Assembly: GCA_048939015.1 (NCBI GenBank)
Contig: JBHLPW010000003.1
Location: 67,628-131,627 of the forward strand
DNA length: 64,000 nucleotides
Direction: 5' to 3'
Source: Promethearchaeota archaeon
GTDB taxonomy: Archaea > Asgardarchaeota > Lokiarchaeia > Sigyniarchaeales > SOKP01
Shown one piece after another: positions 9,768 to 19,484 of the stretch. Position 1 is the first letter of the stretch. The number at the start of each line of letters is the position of its first letter. A program made the position numbers and the translations under genes. A model generated the notes under the pieces. That model was not told where the DNA came from and ran no database searches. It worked only from the letters and a program-made list of their open reading frames with translations.

Positions 9768-9797
9768 AAATTTTAAGTAAAAAGGATAGATGAAAAA

Positions 9798-11135
9798 ATG
9801 AATAATAAAAAAACCTTTTTTATGGCATTAATATTGATCTTGTGTTTTAGCTTCCTGACACAAGGATTAACTGTCTCTAATGAAAAAAATGATATAAACA
9901 ATAAGAGTACTTTACGTCTTTCGTCTACAAGCAATTCCGTTAAGTTTTCGTGGTATTGTATATGGGATCTTGCTCAGGAGGGAGGTGAGGGAGTGGCAGT
10001 AGATTCGTCAGGGAATATATATCTTGTAGGATGGACATATAACGCCACATTAACTGATATGGTTCTGGTGAAATATGACAGTTCTGGGGTACAGCAATGG
10101 AATCGCACATGGGGTGGAAGTATTTCTGATGGAGGTGAAGATGTAGCAGTAGATTCTTCTGACAACGTGTATCTTGCCGGAAAAACAAGTAGTTTCGGAG
10201 AAGGAGATTATGACATGGTTCTGGTGAAATACGACAGTTCTGGTGTGCAGCAATGGAATCGCACATGGGGTGGAAGTATTAGGGATGATGGCTATGGAGT
10301 GGCATTTGATTCGTCTGATAACGTGTATCTTGTGGGAAGTACATTTAGTTACGGGGAGGGATATGATGATATAGTTTTGGTGAAATACAACAGTTCTGGT
10401 GTGCAGCAATGGAATCGCACATGGGGCGGAAGTGGTTCTGATGGAGGCAGGGGAGTGGCAGTAGATTCGTCTGACAACGTTTATCTTTCGGGAGAAACAA
10501 AAAATTTCGGGGAGGGAAATTATGATATGGTTCTGGTGAAGTACGACAGTTCTGGAGTGCAGCAATGGAATCGCACATGGGGCGGAAGTAGTTCTGATGA
10601 AGGCACGGGAGTGGCAGTAGATTCGTCTGACAACTTATATCTTTCTGGATCGACAGAAAGTTTCGGGGAGGGAAATTATGATATAGTTCTGGTGAAATAC
10701 GATGGTACTGGAGTGCAGCAATGGAATCGCACATGGGGCGGGATTATTAGGGATGAGTCCTATGGAGTGGCAGTAGATTCAGCTAACAGAATATATCTTG
10801 CGGGACGTACAAATAGTTTCGGGGAGGGATCTGATGATATAGTCTTGGTGAAATACGACAGTTCTGGTATGCAGCAAGGGGATCAAACATGGGGCGGGGT
10901 TAGTGGTGATGGAGGTACGGGAGTGGCAATAGATTCGTCTAACAACGTGTATCTTTCTGGATATACAGAAAGTTACGGAGGACCAGGTTCATCTATGGCT
11001 TTAGTGAAATATGTACAAGAACAAGGAATTTCTAGTTATAACTTATTTCTGTTTATTATTATAATTGGTGCGATAACAGTGATAACAGCAATATCCCTTA
11101 AAAAAAAATATTATAAGAAATTTCTTCTTGAATAG
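9798..11135 (+). CDS. Secreted SBBP-type beta-propeller surface protein with Loki-CTERM-like anchor
   Basis: Signal peptide; about 7 repeats GVAVDSSDNVYL.G....FGEG.YD.VLVKYDSSGVQQWNRTWGG; C-terminal ISSYNLFLFII-TM-KKK. Confidence 0.88.
   Translation: MNNKKTFFMALILILCFSFLTQGLTVSNEKNDINNKSTLRLSSTSNSVKFSWYCIWDLAQEGGEGVAVDSSGNIYLVGWTYNATLTDMVLVKYDSSGVQQWNRTWGGSISDGGEDVAVDSSDNVYLAGKTSSFGEGDYDMVLVKYDSSGVQQWNRTWGGSIRDDGYGVAFDSSDNVYLVGSTFSYGEGYDDIVLVKYNSSGVQQWNRTWGGSGSDGGRGVAVDSSDNVYLSGETKNFGEGNYDMVLVKYDSSGVQQWNRTWGGSSSDEGTGVAVDSSDNLYLSGSTESFGEGNYDIVLVKYDGTGVQQWNRTWGGIIRDESYGVAVDSANRIYLAGRTNSFGEGSDDIVLVKYDSSGMQQGDQTWGGVSGDGGTGVAIDSSNNVYLSGYTESYGGPGSSMALVKYVQEQGISSYNLFLFIIIIGAITVITAISLKKKYYKKFLLE
9985..11010 (+). 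repeat. About 153-bp intragenic tandem repeat (about 7 units)
   Basis: Near-identical CAGCAATGGAATCGCACATGGGG and GGAGTGGCAGTAGATTC recur at about 153-nt period; GC-richer than flanks. Confidence 0.9.
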
Positions 11136-11171
11136 GGTTGTTACTAAGTCATAAATACCCTATATTTTTTT
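11133..11171 (+). terminator. Hairpin plus T-tract terminator
   Basis: TAGGGT...ACCCTA followed by a T-run right after the stop. Confidence 0.5.
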
Positions 11172-11300
11172 ATAAAAATTGAACAAAACTAAATTTAAGT
11201 TAAGAATTTTTAATATCTGGGTCATTAATTCATACCTCTGAATGACCTTTTAATCCTTTATTCTATACATAATTTTTTTTTTTTCTAATTTTATTGAATT

Positions 11301-11355
11301 TACTTTCTTGATAATTCGGGATTACCATGGGACTTCGCTATTAAAAACTATAAAT
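11301..11355 (+). promoter_or_regulatory. Operator-like palindrome plus BRE/TATA, copy 2
   Basis: CTTGATAATTCGGGATTACCATG (11307-11329), then 19 nt, then TATAAAT (11349-11355); same spacing as copy 1. Confidence 0.7.
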
Positions 11356-11426
11356 AGAAACGAGATCTCAGATATTATTGATCATCAATTCGATGATTAC
11401 CAAATTTAGAAAAAAGATGAAAAAAA

Positions 11427-12200
11427 ATGAGTAAAACTTCTAAAGTACTAACATTAGTGACGCTAGGAATCCTCATTTTAAGCTTTACTTCTGCAGTATT
11501 AGCAAGTGAAGGTAATATTACTAAGAGGCCACTAGAGGATTGGTTAGAACCAAATTATACCGCTTTCCCTTGGGGCGAAGAAAATTGGGCTTTTTCGGAC
11601 TTTGTTAGCCCTTATTCTTGGTTAGTGTGTAAGATGGGATTTCCTTGGCCTGCTGATAATGAAACATGTGAGTGGAGTCCATTTGTAAATGATTTAATAT
11701 ATGAGAATAGTTTAGTAGTAGGCGATACTATAATTAGCGGAGATATCAAAGAAAGAGCATTAGATGATGGAACAGCTTTAATAACTTTACATTTAGATGT
11801 AAAGAATGCCCCTATGACGGTCTATGATTACTTTGATTTAATTTTCTATTGTTTTGATTGGGCACCCAAACCTCAAGCAGTATTAGGTGATGGAGAGGAT
11901 GGTTATATAGATTATAAAGTAGACTTCAAATTTATTATCCCTGAGCCTGGAGCAGATTTACCCGATGCATTTTCTATGTGGGATAATTATATCTCATGTA
12001 ATATTCATGGCATTGGTTATGGAACCTTGACAGAACGTGCAGTTGAGCTTGGTTTTGCTGAAACCGCTGGCGCAACAGGAATGGTAAACCTTCATGAAAT
12101 TTGCCTTTTTAAACCCGATTTTGAAGAGGGTCACCCTAAATATGATCCTGGTTACGGTGATTTATGGCCTGTCGAAACAATTGAAATTCATGAAATATAA
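11427..12200 (+). CDS. Secreted acidic protein of unknown function
   Basis: Signal peptide MSKTSKVLTLVTLGILILSFTSAVLA; W/P/D-rich mature region. Confidence 0.8.
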   Translation: MSKTSKVLTLVTLGILILSFTSAVLASEGNITKRPLEDWLEPNYTAFPWGEENWAFSDFVSPYSWLVCKMGFPWPADNETCEWSPFVNDLIYENSLVVGDTIISGDIKERALDDGTALITLHLDVKNAPMTVYDYFDLIFYCFDWAPKPQAVLGDGEDGYIDYKVDFKFIIPEPGADLPDAFSMWDNYISCNIHGIGYGTLTERAVELGFAETAGATGMVNLHEICLFKPDFEEGHPKYDPGYGDLWPVETIEIHEI

Positions 12201-12242
12201 AATAAATGGAGAGAAATTGAGGGTTGAATATCTAAATTATAA

Positions 12243-12333
12243 TATAGAATAAGGAGGAAAAAGTTTAGATAAATGGCTTCTCGAATAACCACACCTAAAC
12301 TGCAACTCCTCCAAATCTATATATCTTTTTTTT
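12243..12333 (+). ncRNA. Conserved structured element (long hairpin plus U-tract), copy B
   Basis: TAGA..GGAGGA..AGTTTAG / CTAAACT..TCCTCC..TCTA, then T8; homolog at 20092-20181. Confidence 0.55.
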
Positions 12334-12443
12334 ATTTATAAATTTGATTGGTTTATTTAATGGTATTGGAATATTAACAATCTTTTTATAAGTAAAAATC
12401 TAAACTTATTTTAAACATAATCCTATATGATTCATCTTTTTTC

Positions 12444-12992
12444 ATGGGAAATTCTGTAAAAAAATTTAGATTTAAAATTACTGTCATAGGGGATGGTAGA
12501 GTAGGAAAGACATCCCTTATTAAGAAATTCACTTTAGGTACTTTTAAAACAGATTATGTTGAAACAATAGGTGCTCAATTCTCTAAATATGAAAAAGAAA
12601 TTCACGGAGATAATATTCGATTACTATTTTGGGACATTGCAGGACAAAGAGAGTTTGATTTTCTTCGGCCTTCTTTCTACAAGGAAAGTAACGCAGCTGT
12701 CATAGTTTATAGTCTTGAACAAAATGAGCTTGGAGATGGAAGCTTTAGACACATAAACGATTGGGATAACGAAATTAAGAAATTTTGCGGAGATATCCCG
12801 ATTGTGGTATTTGCAAACAAAGCTGATTTAATAAATGAGAACGATCTAAATTTATCTAAAATTGAAAAAATTGTAAGAGAACATAATTTTCTCGGATATT
12901 ATATTACTTCGGCAAAAACAGGACAAGGTGTTTATAAAGCTTTTGATGATATTATTGAAAATGTATATTATAGTCTTGTAGAAACTAGTTAG
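12444..12992 (+). CDS. Rab-like small GTPase
   Basis: GDGRVGKTS, TIG, WDIAGQ, NKAD, TSAK; no C-terminal Cys. Confidence 0.93.
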   Translation: MGNSVKKFRFKITVIGDGRVGKTSLIKKFTLGTFKTDYVETIGAQFSKYEKEIHGDNIRLLFWDIAGQREFDFLRPSFYKESNAAVIVYSLEQNELGDGSFRHINDWDNEIKKFCGDIPIVVFANKADLINENDLNLSKIEKIVREHNFLGYYITSAKTGQGVYKAFDDIIENVYYSLVETS

Positions 12993-13041
12993 CCATAATA
13001 AATAAAACATAAATAAAAATTAAAAAGAAATAGGAGTAAAT

Positions 13042-13278
13042 TTAGGCAACATTTACAACTTGTTTTACTTCTGGGACAAATTGTTTAATTGCTCTTTCTA
13101 CACCGTAAGTTAAGGTTTGTTGAGCGTGCATACAACCAGCACAATGGCCTAGCAATCGTACTTTTACTATTCCATCATCTTCGACACTAATAAGTTCGAT
13201 ATCGCCGCCATCCATCTGTAATTGTGGTCTTATTTTCTCGATAACTTGTACAACTTTATCTTTATCCATCAAATTCAC
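13042..13278 (-). CDS. NifU C-terminal / NfuA-type Fe-S carrier
   Basis: IRPQLQMDGGDIEL...VRLLGHCAGC...GVER. Confidence 0.9.
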   Translation of the reverse strand: MNLMDKDKVVQVIEKIRPQLQMDGGDIELISVEDDGIVKVRLLGHCAGCMHAQQTLTYGVERAIKQFVPEVKQVVNVA

Positions 13279-13464
13279 TTAACAAAAATAGTTTATATTC
13301 TTTAATTTACAAAAGGCAAATAACCTTTTAAAGGATTCTTTTTATATTTTATTAATATTTTTCTAATGTAGTTATTTAAATCACGCTTTTTGGGGTTAGA
13401 TCTTTTAAGTAAAAAGATTATTGAGTTACCTCATATTTTTAACTCTAGAATAATCTGAAAAGAT

Positions 13465-14193
13465 TTGAAGATGGAAATTGAAAAAATATGGAATGAGAGT
13501 AGCTGGACTAAACAGGCTCGTGATATTATAACAAATATTAGAAAATTTCCTGAAGATTCTAAGGTTATTTTGATCCTTAGACATTCTCAGAGGAATGAAC
13601 CTAAAAAGTTCAGTGTAAACGCAGACTTGAGTTTGACTCCTCAAGGTCGAAGAATTGCTTATCTTTTTGGTGAAAAACTACCAAAGAATAGATCAATTCG
13701 TGTGTTTCACAGTGATGCTGAGAGATGTAAAGACACAGCTAATGAGATATTTGATGGTTTCAAAACATTGGGTGGTGATGCCATTTTGAAGGGTTTTTTC
13801 AAACCTTTATCTCACATAGGTATTGCTGTAAAATCCTTTTTCCAAGAAAATGAAAAATATGAGATATTAGACCTTTTTTATCGATGGGTTGCTGGAGTTT
13901 ATTCTCCTACACTTTGGACTCCATTAATCACATATAGTCAAGAAGCTGGATTAATGATGTTGGAAAAAATCGATAATGCTCCAGAGGAAACATTAGATAT
14001 TCATGTTACGCATGATTTACATCTTATGGCTTTAAGATTAGGATGGTTTGGATTACATCCAGATGGAAGATGGGTTGATTACCTTGGAGGATTTGCGTTT
14101 TCGCTTTTAGAGGATCAAATAAAATTATTTGAGTATGGTGAATTTAAACCAGTAGAATATCCCTATTGGTGGAAAAACTCTAAAACAACCTAA
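13465..14193 (+). CDS. Histidine phosphatase superfamily protein
   Basis: LILRHS, LTPQG, S..RC..TA, VTHD motifs. Confidence 0.8.
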   Translation: MKMEIEKIWNESSWTKQARDIITNIRKFPEDSKVILILRHSQRNEPKKFSVNADLSLTPQGRRIAYLFGEKLPKNRSIRVFHSDAERCKDTANEIFDGFKTLGGDAILKGFFKPLSHIGIAVKSFFQENEKYEILDLFYRWVAGVYSPTLWTPLITYSQEAGLMMLEKIDNAPEETLDIHVTHDLHLMALRLGWFGLHPDGRWVDYLGGFAFSLLEDQIKLFEYGEFKPVEYPYWWKNSKTT

Positions 14194-14215
14194 TTTTAAT
14201 AAAATTATCAATAAG

Positions 14216-14605
14216 TTGAAGTTAAAAATGGATGCAAAAGAATTTATAAACCAATTGAATTATGTTCAAGAATTAATGCAAGAAGAGAATTATAAGGAAG
14301 CAATTATCATACTTGAAAAACTTAAAGAATTAGACAAAAATACAGATTTTGATTATAATCTCACTCATAGATTATACCAATTAGATTCAAATACTCGCTC
14401 ACTCTATAATCAAGAAATTATCTTGAAATTATTAACTCAACTTTCCACTAAAACTAAAAAAGTTAGTTTCGATGACTTAAAGCAAAAACTAATGGAATTA
14501 AATAATTTAGATCTAAGTGTTGATATTTTAAGAAGGGAAATTGAAATACTCATATTAAGAAATCTTTTAGCATGTAGAATTGATGGAGAATTTTTAATAT
14601 TTTGA
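14216..14605 (+). CDS. Small helical-hairpin + winged-helix protein, PCI-like
   Basis: TPR-like ENYKEAIIILEKL, then KVSFDDLKQKL...EIEILILRNLLACRIDGEFLIF; ATG 14228 is an alternative start. Confidence 0.55.
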   Translation: MKLKMDAKEFINQLNYVQELMQEENYKEAIIILEKLKELDKNTDFDYNLTHRLYQLDSNTRSLYNQEIILKLLTQLSTKTKKVSFDDLKQKLMELNNLDLSVDILRREIEILILRNLLACRIDGEFLIF

Positions 14606-14624
14606 AAAAAAATTCTGCTTTAAT

Positions 14625-16535
14625 TTAAGGAGATAATAGAATCTTTTGTTCCTCTATCTCAGCAAGAAAAAGGTCTACAATTGCTAACCACTTGTTTTTT
14701 GATTCAATATCGCTAGTAATTTTGTTTGTTAATTCTTTTCCTTTCCTGAGATTTTCAAGCGCTAAATCAATATTATCAAGTGCAGAATAGCAAATTCCAA
14801 TTTTGATATAGGTCTGGTAGATAAACCACTTATTTGGATCAATTTCTATGGTTTTTTTAAACTCTTTTATGGCTTTTTCATATTCTTTAAAGGTTATTAA
14901 GATTTCTCCATAGGTATCATGATAAATTCCTTTTTTTGGTTCGCTTTCGGTGAGGCTCCGAAGGATTTTCAATGCTTCTTGTCTCTTACCTAAATATGAT
15001 AACCAATAAGCTTTATAATTATAAAGAGAATTATCATCAGGAAATTTTTCGAGTAATTCTTCAATAATTTCTAATCCCGCCTCCAAATTTTTATCTTTTT
15101 TAAGAGTATATGCCTTTTTTATCTTAATATCAATCTCCTTTTCTGGAAATAATGCTCTCATATTCTCTAACACTGTTAGAACCTCGTTGTATTGATTAAA
15201 ATAGATTAGAATTCTAATCTTTGAATTATATAATTCATAATTATTAGGGTTTCTACTGATTTCTTTATCAATTTCTTTAATTTTTTCTTCGTACTGAGAT
15301 TTAAAATTTTCAATATTCTGCAATTCCAAAATGTCTGTCATGTTCTGCCAAATTATGCCTTCTAACTTATCATAAGTATCTTTTAATTCTTTTTTTATCT
15401 CCATTTTATATGCTAAATATTTGATATATCTTGGTAAAAATTCACTCAATGATTCCTTGAAATGTTTATTGAATAAGGTTTCACAAATTTCGTCAAGAAT
15501 ATTCTCTATAATAAAGTCAAAACTCCCAGATCTCCCAAATTTCTCTAAATATTTGTTTGTTGCAATATGTTCTTCAGTTATAGCTCGAAGGATCTTCTCT
15601 AATTTTTCATCCGAATGAAAATAGTAATGTTTATTTGGAGAAATATCTAATTTAAAAAACTTTAAGTCATATAAGTCGCTTTCTACGATCTCATTTACCC
15701 AAAAATCAAGGATTCTCTTTTTGATTTCATAAAATCTCGAAAATTCCTCAAAAGATAAATAGTCAGGATAAAAATCGGGATGATTTATCGATAAAAAAAG
15801 TAAGATTTTATGAAAATCCTCTTCATTTTTTAAAATTGCTTTAACTTTTGAATAATCTAATTTTAACACATTATTCAAAAATCTAAATTTGACCTGATCA
15901 TCTGAAATACTATATTTATTAAAAAACAGTGAAGTCTTTGTAGTAATTTCATCAATCCTTTTCTTTTCTTCCTCCAATATTGTTTGTCTATCCAAATCAT
16001 ATTGCTGTAAAATTCTCGAATATTCAGATTTGCCCGATTGAGTAATTATATATCTTTTATTTTCTTTGATGATAAAACCCTTTTGAGTCAATAAATCTAG
16101 ACTTTTTGATAAAGAGGATTGATTTATAGATAGTGGTTCTTCAAGAAAGTCAGTTCTTTTGCAATAACCATTATTATAAACCATCCATAGAATCCAATGA
16201 GGATAATTTCTACCTCTTTTTAAGATAATATTAGGTGGATAATTCAGTTTACGTTTTATTTTTCTTTCTTTTGATAACTCATGAAATCTTCTTCTTCCTT
16301 CTGGAGTTATCCTGTATTTTCCTCTAGAAAACTTTTCTATAAATCCGTTGAGGATTAATTTTCCTAAATGACGTGATATTGTAGATATTGGGATTTCCAC
16401 TGGCTTTTGCTCAAAATTAGACCATTCACAACTTTCATTATTAGCTAATATCCAAAGGATTATCTGTTCGTAATTCCTTCTTTGCAGTTCTGAAGGGTTA
16501 AGAACCTCCTTAGATGGATAATTAAATTTTCCCAT
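14625..16535 (-). CDS. Tandem winged-helix + TPR protein (putative transcription regulator), paralog B
   Basis: Collinear with 7601-9484 over its full length (NYE.IILW, GRNY.HWILWM, KLEGIIWQNM, DTYGEIL, YQTYIK.GICY). Confidence 0.8.
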   Translation of the reverse strand: MGKFNYPSKEVLNPSELQRRNYEQIILWILANNESCEWSNFEQKPVEIPISTISRHLGKLILNGFIEKFSRGKYRITPEGRRRFHELSKERKIKRKLNYPPNIILKRGRNYPHWILWMVYNNGYCKRTDFLEEPLSINQSSLSKSLDLLTQKGFIIKENKRYIITQSGKSEYSRILQQYDLDRQTILEEEKKRIDEITTKTSLFFNKYSISDDQVKFRFLNNVLKLDYSKVKAILKNEEDFHKILLFLSINHPDFYPDYLSFEEFSRFYEIKKRILDFWVNEIVESDLYDLKFFKLDISPNKHYYFHSDEKLEKILRAITEEHIATNKYLEKFGRSGSFDFIIENILDEICETLFNKHFKESLSEFLPRYIKYLAYKMEIKKELKDTYDKLEGIIWQNMTDILELQNIENFKSQYEEKIKEIDKEISRNPNNYELYNSKIRILIYFNQYNEVLTVLENMRALFPEKEIDIKIKKAYTLKKDKNLEAGLEIIEELLEKFPDDNSLYNYKAYWLSYLGKRQEALKILRSLTESEPKKGIYHDTYGEILITFKEYEKAIKEFKKTIEIDPNKWFIYQTYIKIGICYSALDNIDLALENLRKGKELTNKITSDIESKNKWLAIVDLFLAEIEEQKILLSP

Positions 16536-16589
16536 TATCTATGAGAGTAAATCGATTTATTCAATAAGTATAAATTGGGAACATTTCTA

Positions 16590-16662
16590 TTTATATCTTA
16601 TTTTCAAAACTTCCACACTTTCTCGGAATTTTCAAGGAATTGTCGAAAGTGGGACTATATAT
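16590..16662 (+). promoter_or_regulatory. Operator plus TATA element, copy 3 (divergent promoter)
   Basis: 62/73 ungapped identity to 19345-19417; AACTTCCA...TCGGAATTTTCAAG...ACTATATAT. Confidence 0.72.
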
Positions 16663-16750
16663 GGATGGATAGGTGTACAATTAATTGAACATCATTTTGA
16701 TGATAAAATTTGAATTAAAACAAAAAAAAAAGAATAAAGTTGATAAAAAA

Positions 16751-17137
16751 ATGACTGAACTTAAAAAAATTACAAAAATTGTGTTGATTTGGTATGTGAT
16801 CTGCGGATCACTCTTTTCAATTATGTACTTGGTTTTGACTGAGATGCAGTTGTCAATGTGGATCTACAACGACCCTGTTACTTTTTGGAGTATGGGAATC
16901 ACTATGCTAGTACTTACTATAGCTACGGTTATAGCATTTTTCAGAGAATGGGAACAGATCGAATTGTATTGGATTATTATGAACTTTTGGATGGTCGGAT
17001 ATATCATTATGAATATTTTAATCATTACAACTTTACCTTTAACTGCGATTGCACTAATGAATGAGGTTATGAATCTCTTTTTTCTAAGTTTGAATGTAGC
17101 TTTAGGAATCATTTGCTATATAATCCAAAGGAGATAA
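16751..17137 (+). CDS. Four-helix membrane protein
   Basis: Four hydrophobic segments; ATG 16751 more plausible than TTG 16685. Confidence 0.7.
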   Translation: MTELKKITKIVLIWYVICGSLFSIMYLVLTEMQLSMWIYNDPVTFWSMGITMLVLTIATVIAFFREWEQIELYWIIMNFWMVGYIIMNILIITTLPLTAIALMNEVMNLFFLSLNVALGIICYIIQRR

Positions 17138-17343
17138 GTTAAATTGTATTAAACAAATGAAATTGTCGTGTTTATGAAAAAAAGAGGCTAAACGACATAA
17201 TTTAAAAAATTTTTAATTAATTTTTTTTTAAATCCTTATTTAGAGAAAAGGTTATATCTTTTTTCAATGGAAATAAGCACTAGATTTAAAATGATGATTA
17301 GCTTATTATATTCATAGGTTTATAATCCAAATCAAGTAAATAA

Positions 17344-19293
17344 ATGTCCTATCTACAGTTAAATCAATTAACAAGGGCAGAAGAACTTTTTGATGCTTGT
17401 AAGATTGATGAAGCTCTTGAATTATTAAATGATCAAAGCTTATTTGAGGGGCTTGATCTTGAGCAGAAAAGTTATTTTCAGTTTCTTAAGGGCTTGATTC
17501 TTTTATATCAACATAATATCGCAGAAACTATTAAGGTGGGTGAACAAATGCTAAAAAAAGGTCAAACATATAATGATAATGTCTACTCATTTGATGGATT
17601 ATTTTTTATTATTAATGGATTGATTCAGACTAATAAATTTGATGATGCACAAGAAAAAGTTGAAGAAGCTGAAGATTTCTTAAAACTTATTTCTACTAAG
17701 CCTAAGGATATTATAATTCTAAGAGAGGTTCGTTTAGGTTTATTAAAAGCATTGTTGAACTTTGAGTTGGGCAATTCAGATATTGCAGAAAAGTACTTAA
17801 AAAAACCCTTAGAATCTCAAAAAGAACTTGGTAATACATTGGAACTTGTTTGGGCGAATGCAATAATGGCAGAAATTATGATGTGGGTAAAAAATAGAAT
17901 AGATCCTGCTATGGAATACGCCAAGAGAGTACTATCAATCGCTAAGGAAATTAAATTTAACCATTTCTGGATTGTTATCGGTCATGCTTTTATGGGTATA
18001 ATGTATCATTGGATTGGGGAATTAGAGACTAGTTTAAAACATTATATAAAAACGACAGAAATACTTAAAAAATTTAAAAGCGATTTTTGGATGGCAAGGC
18101 AGCTAAATAATACAGGACTCTTGTATGCTGATCTTGGCGATTATGAAATGGCTTTAAAATGTCTGGAGGAAGCTTTAATATTATATGAGCGAGATCCCCT
18201 CCTAACTATAGAAAGTCCTATTTCTAGTATAATGACTGTAGCTTTTAAGAAGGGAGATACTGAACTTGCTCAAAAATATTTTCAACGCTTGGAAAATATG
18301 TATAAACAAGCACCAACTAGTCATATCGAATTTCTATATAAATATAATAAAGCTATAATGTTGAAGAGCAGTTCTCGAATACGAGATAAAGCAAAAGCTG
18401 AAAAATTATTTAAACAAGTCATTGGAACAAAAAAAGAAAGTATACATATTGACGTAATAATTATCTCATGTATTCATCTTTGCGATTTACTTCTTAGCGA
18501 ATATCGCATAAGTTATAATAGCGAAGTTCTTGATGAGATTAATCAAAATGTTACTCAAATAATAGCTTTTGCTGAAAAAGCACATGCCTATCCAACTTTC
18601 TGCGAAACTTTCATATTACAAGCTAAATTAGCTTTATTAAATTTTGATATAAAAGCTGCCCGACGATATTTAACTCAAGCTCAGAAGATTGCAGAATCAT
18701 ATGAATTAAAAAAATTAGCAATGAAAATCTCAAATGAACATGATAACTTACTAAAAGAATTACGTAAATGGGAAATCCTGAGTGAATCAAATGCTAGTCT
18801 GGCGGAGCGTATTGAATTAGCCCGATTGGATGATCAGATGACTACGATGCTAAAAAAGCGATCAATAGAAGTACCAAAGATATCAAAAGAAGACCCTGTT
18901 ATGATATTAATCTTAACGGAGGGAGGTAATTTGTTATTCTCTAAGAAATTTATAGAGGATTTTTCATTTGAAGATGATATCTTAGGAGGATTTCTAACTA
19001 GTGTAAATTACATAATTAGTGAGGTATTTTCTGAAGGTCTTGATAGGGCGGTTTTCGGTCAATACACACTGCTAATGATCCCACTTCAACCATTTTTGGT
19101 ATGTTATATCTTTAAAGGGGCATCATATTTTGCTCAACATAAGATAAATACCTTTGTTACGTCATTAAAGAATGATAATATCACTTGGCAATCTCTACAG
19201 AAATTTTTCCAAAAGAGTAAATCAGTTCAATTAAATGATATCCCCTCTCTTGAATCTAAGATAATGGAGATTTTTGTTGAGAAAAAAGATTAG
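17344..19293 (+). CDS. TPR-solenoid protein with C-terminal longin-like domain
   Basis: TPRs (ARQLNNTGLLYADLGDYEMALKCLEEAL); C-terminal ILILTEGGNLLFSKKF...ILGGFLTSV resembles the longin N-termini at 4.4-7.6 kb. Confidence 0.8.
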   Translation: MSYLQLNQLTRAEELFDACKIDEALELLNDQSLFEGLDLEQKSYFQFLKGLILLYQHNIAETIKVGEQMLKKGQTYNDNVYSFDGLFFIINGLIQTNKFDDAQEKVEEAEDFLKLISTKPKDIIILREVRLGLLKALLNFELGNSDIAEKYLKKPLESQKELGNTLELVWANAIMAEIMMWVKNRIDPAMEYAKRVLSIAKEIKFNHFWIVIGHAFMGIMYHWIGELETSLKHYIKTTEILKKFKSDFWMARQLNNTGLLYADLGDYEMALKCLEEALILYERDPLLTIESPISSIMTVAFKKGDTELAQKYFQRLENMYKQAPTSHIEFLYKYNKAIMLKSSSRIRDKAKAEKLFKQVIGTKKESIHIDVIIISCIHLCDLLLSEYRISYNSEVLDEINQNVTQIIAFAEKAHAYPTFCETFILQAKLALLNFDIKAARRYLTQAQKIAESYELKKLAMKISNEHDNLLKELRKWEILSESNASLAERIELARLDDQMTTMLKKRSIEVPKISKEDPVMILILTEGGNLLFSKKFIEDFSFEDDILGGFLTSVNYIISEVFSEGLDRAVFGQYTLLMIPLQPFLVCYIFKGASYFAQHKINTFVTSLKNDNITWQSLQKFFQKSKSVQLNDIPSLESKIMEIFVEKKD

Positions 19294-19344
19294 TGAAAGT
19301 TAGTAGGTTATTATCTTCTAAAATTGACATTTACGCTCAGATAG

Positions 19345-19417
19345 TTTATATCTATTTTTCACAACTTCCACTTATTTTCGGAATTTTCAAAGAATTGTCG
19401 AAAGTAGAACTATAAAT
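19345..19417 (+). promoter_or_regulatory. Operator plus TATA element, copy 4
   Basis: Direct repeat of 16590-16662; ends ACTATAAAT, upstream of a secreted-protein gene. Confidence 0.72.
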
Positions 19418-19484
19418 CATAGATATATATCCTTTTCAGTGAACATCATAAAGATGATAAAACAGAAATTTAAAAAAAAAAGAG

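Noticed and set aside
9940-10734. Repetitive antisense ORFs, CRISPR-like or DGR-like appearance
   Set aside because: They are shadows of the 153-bp coding repeat; there are no unique spacers, no cas or reverse transcriptase gene, and variation is not adenine-specific
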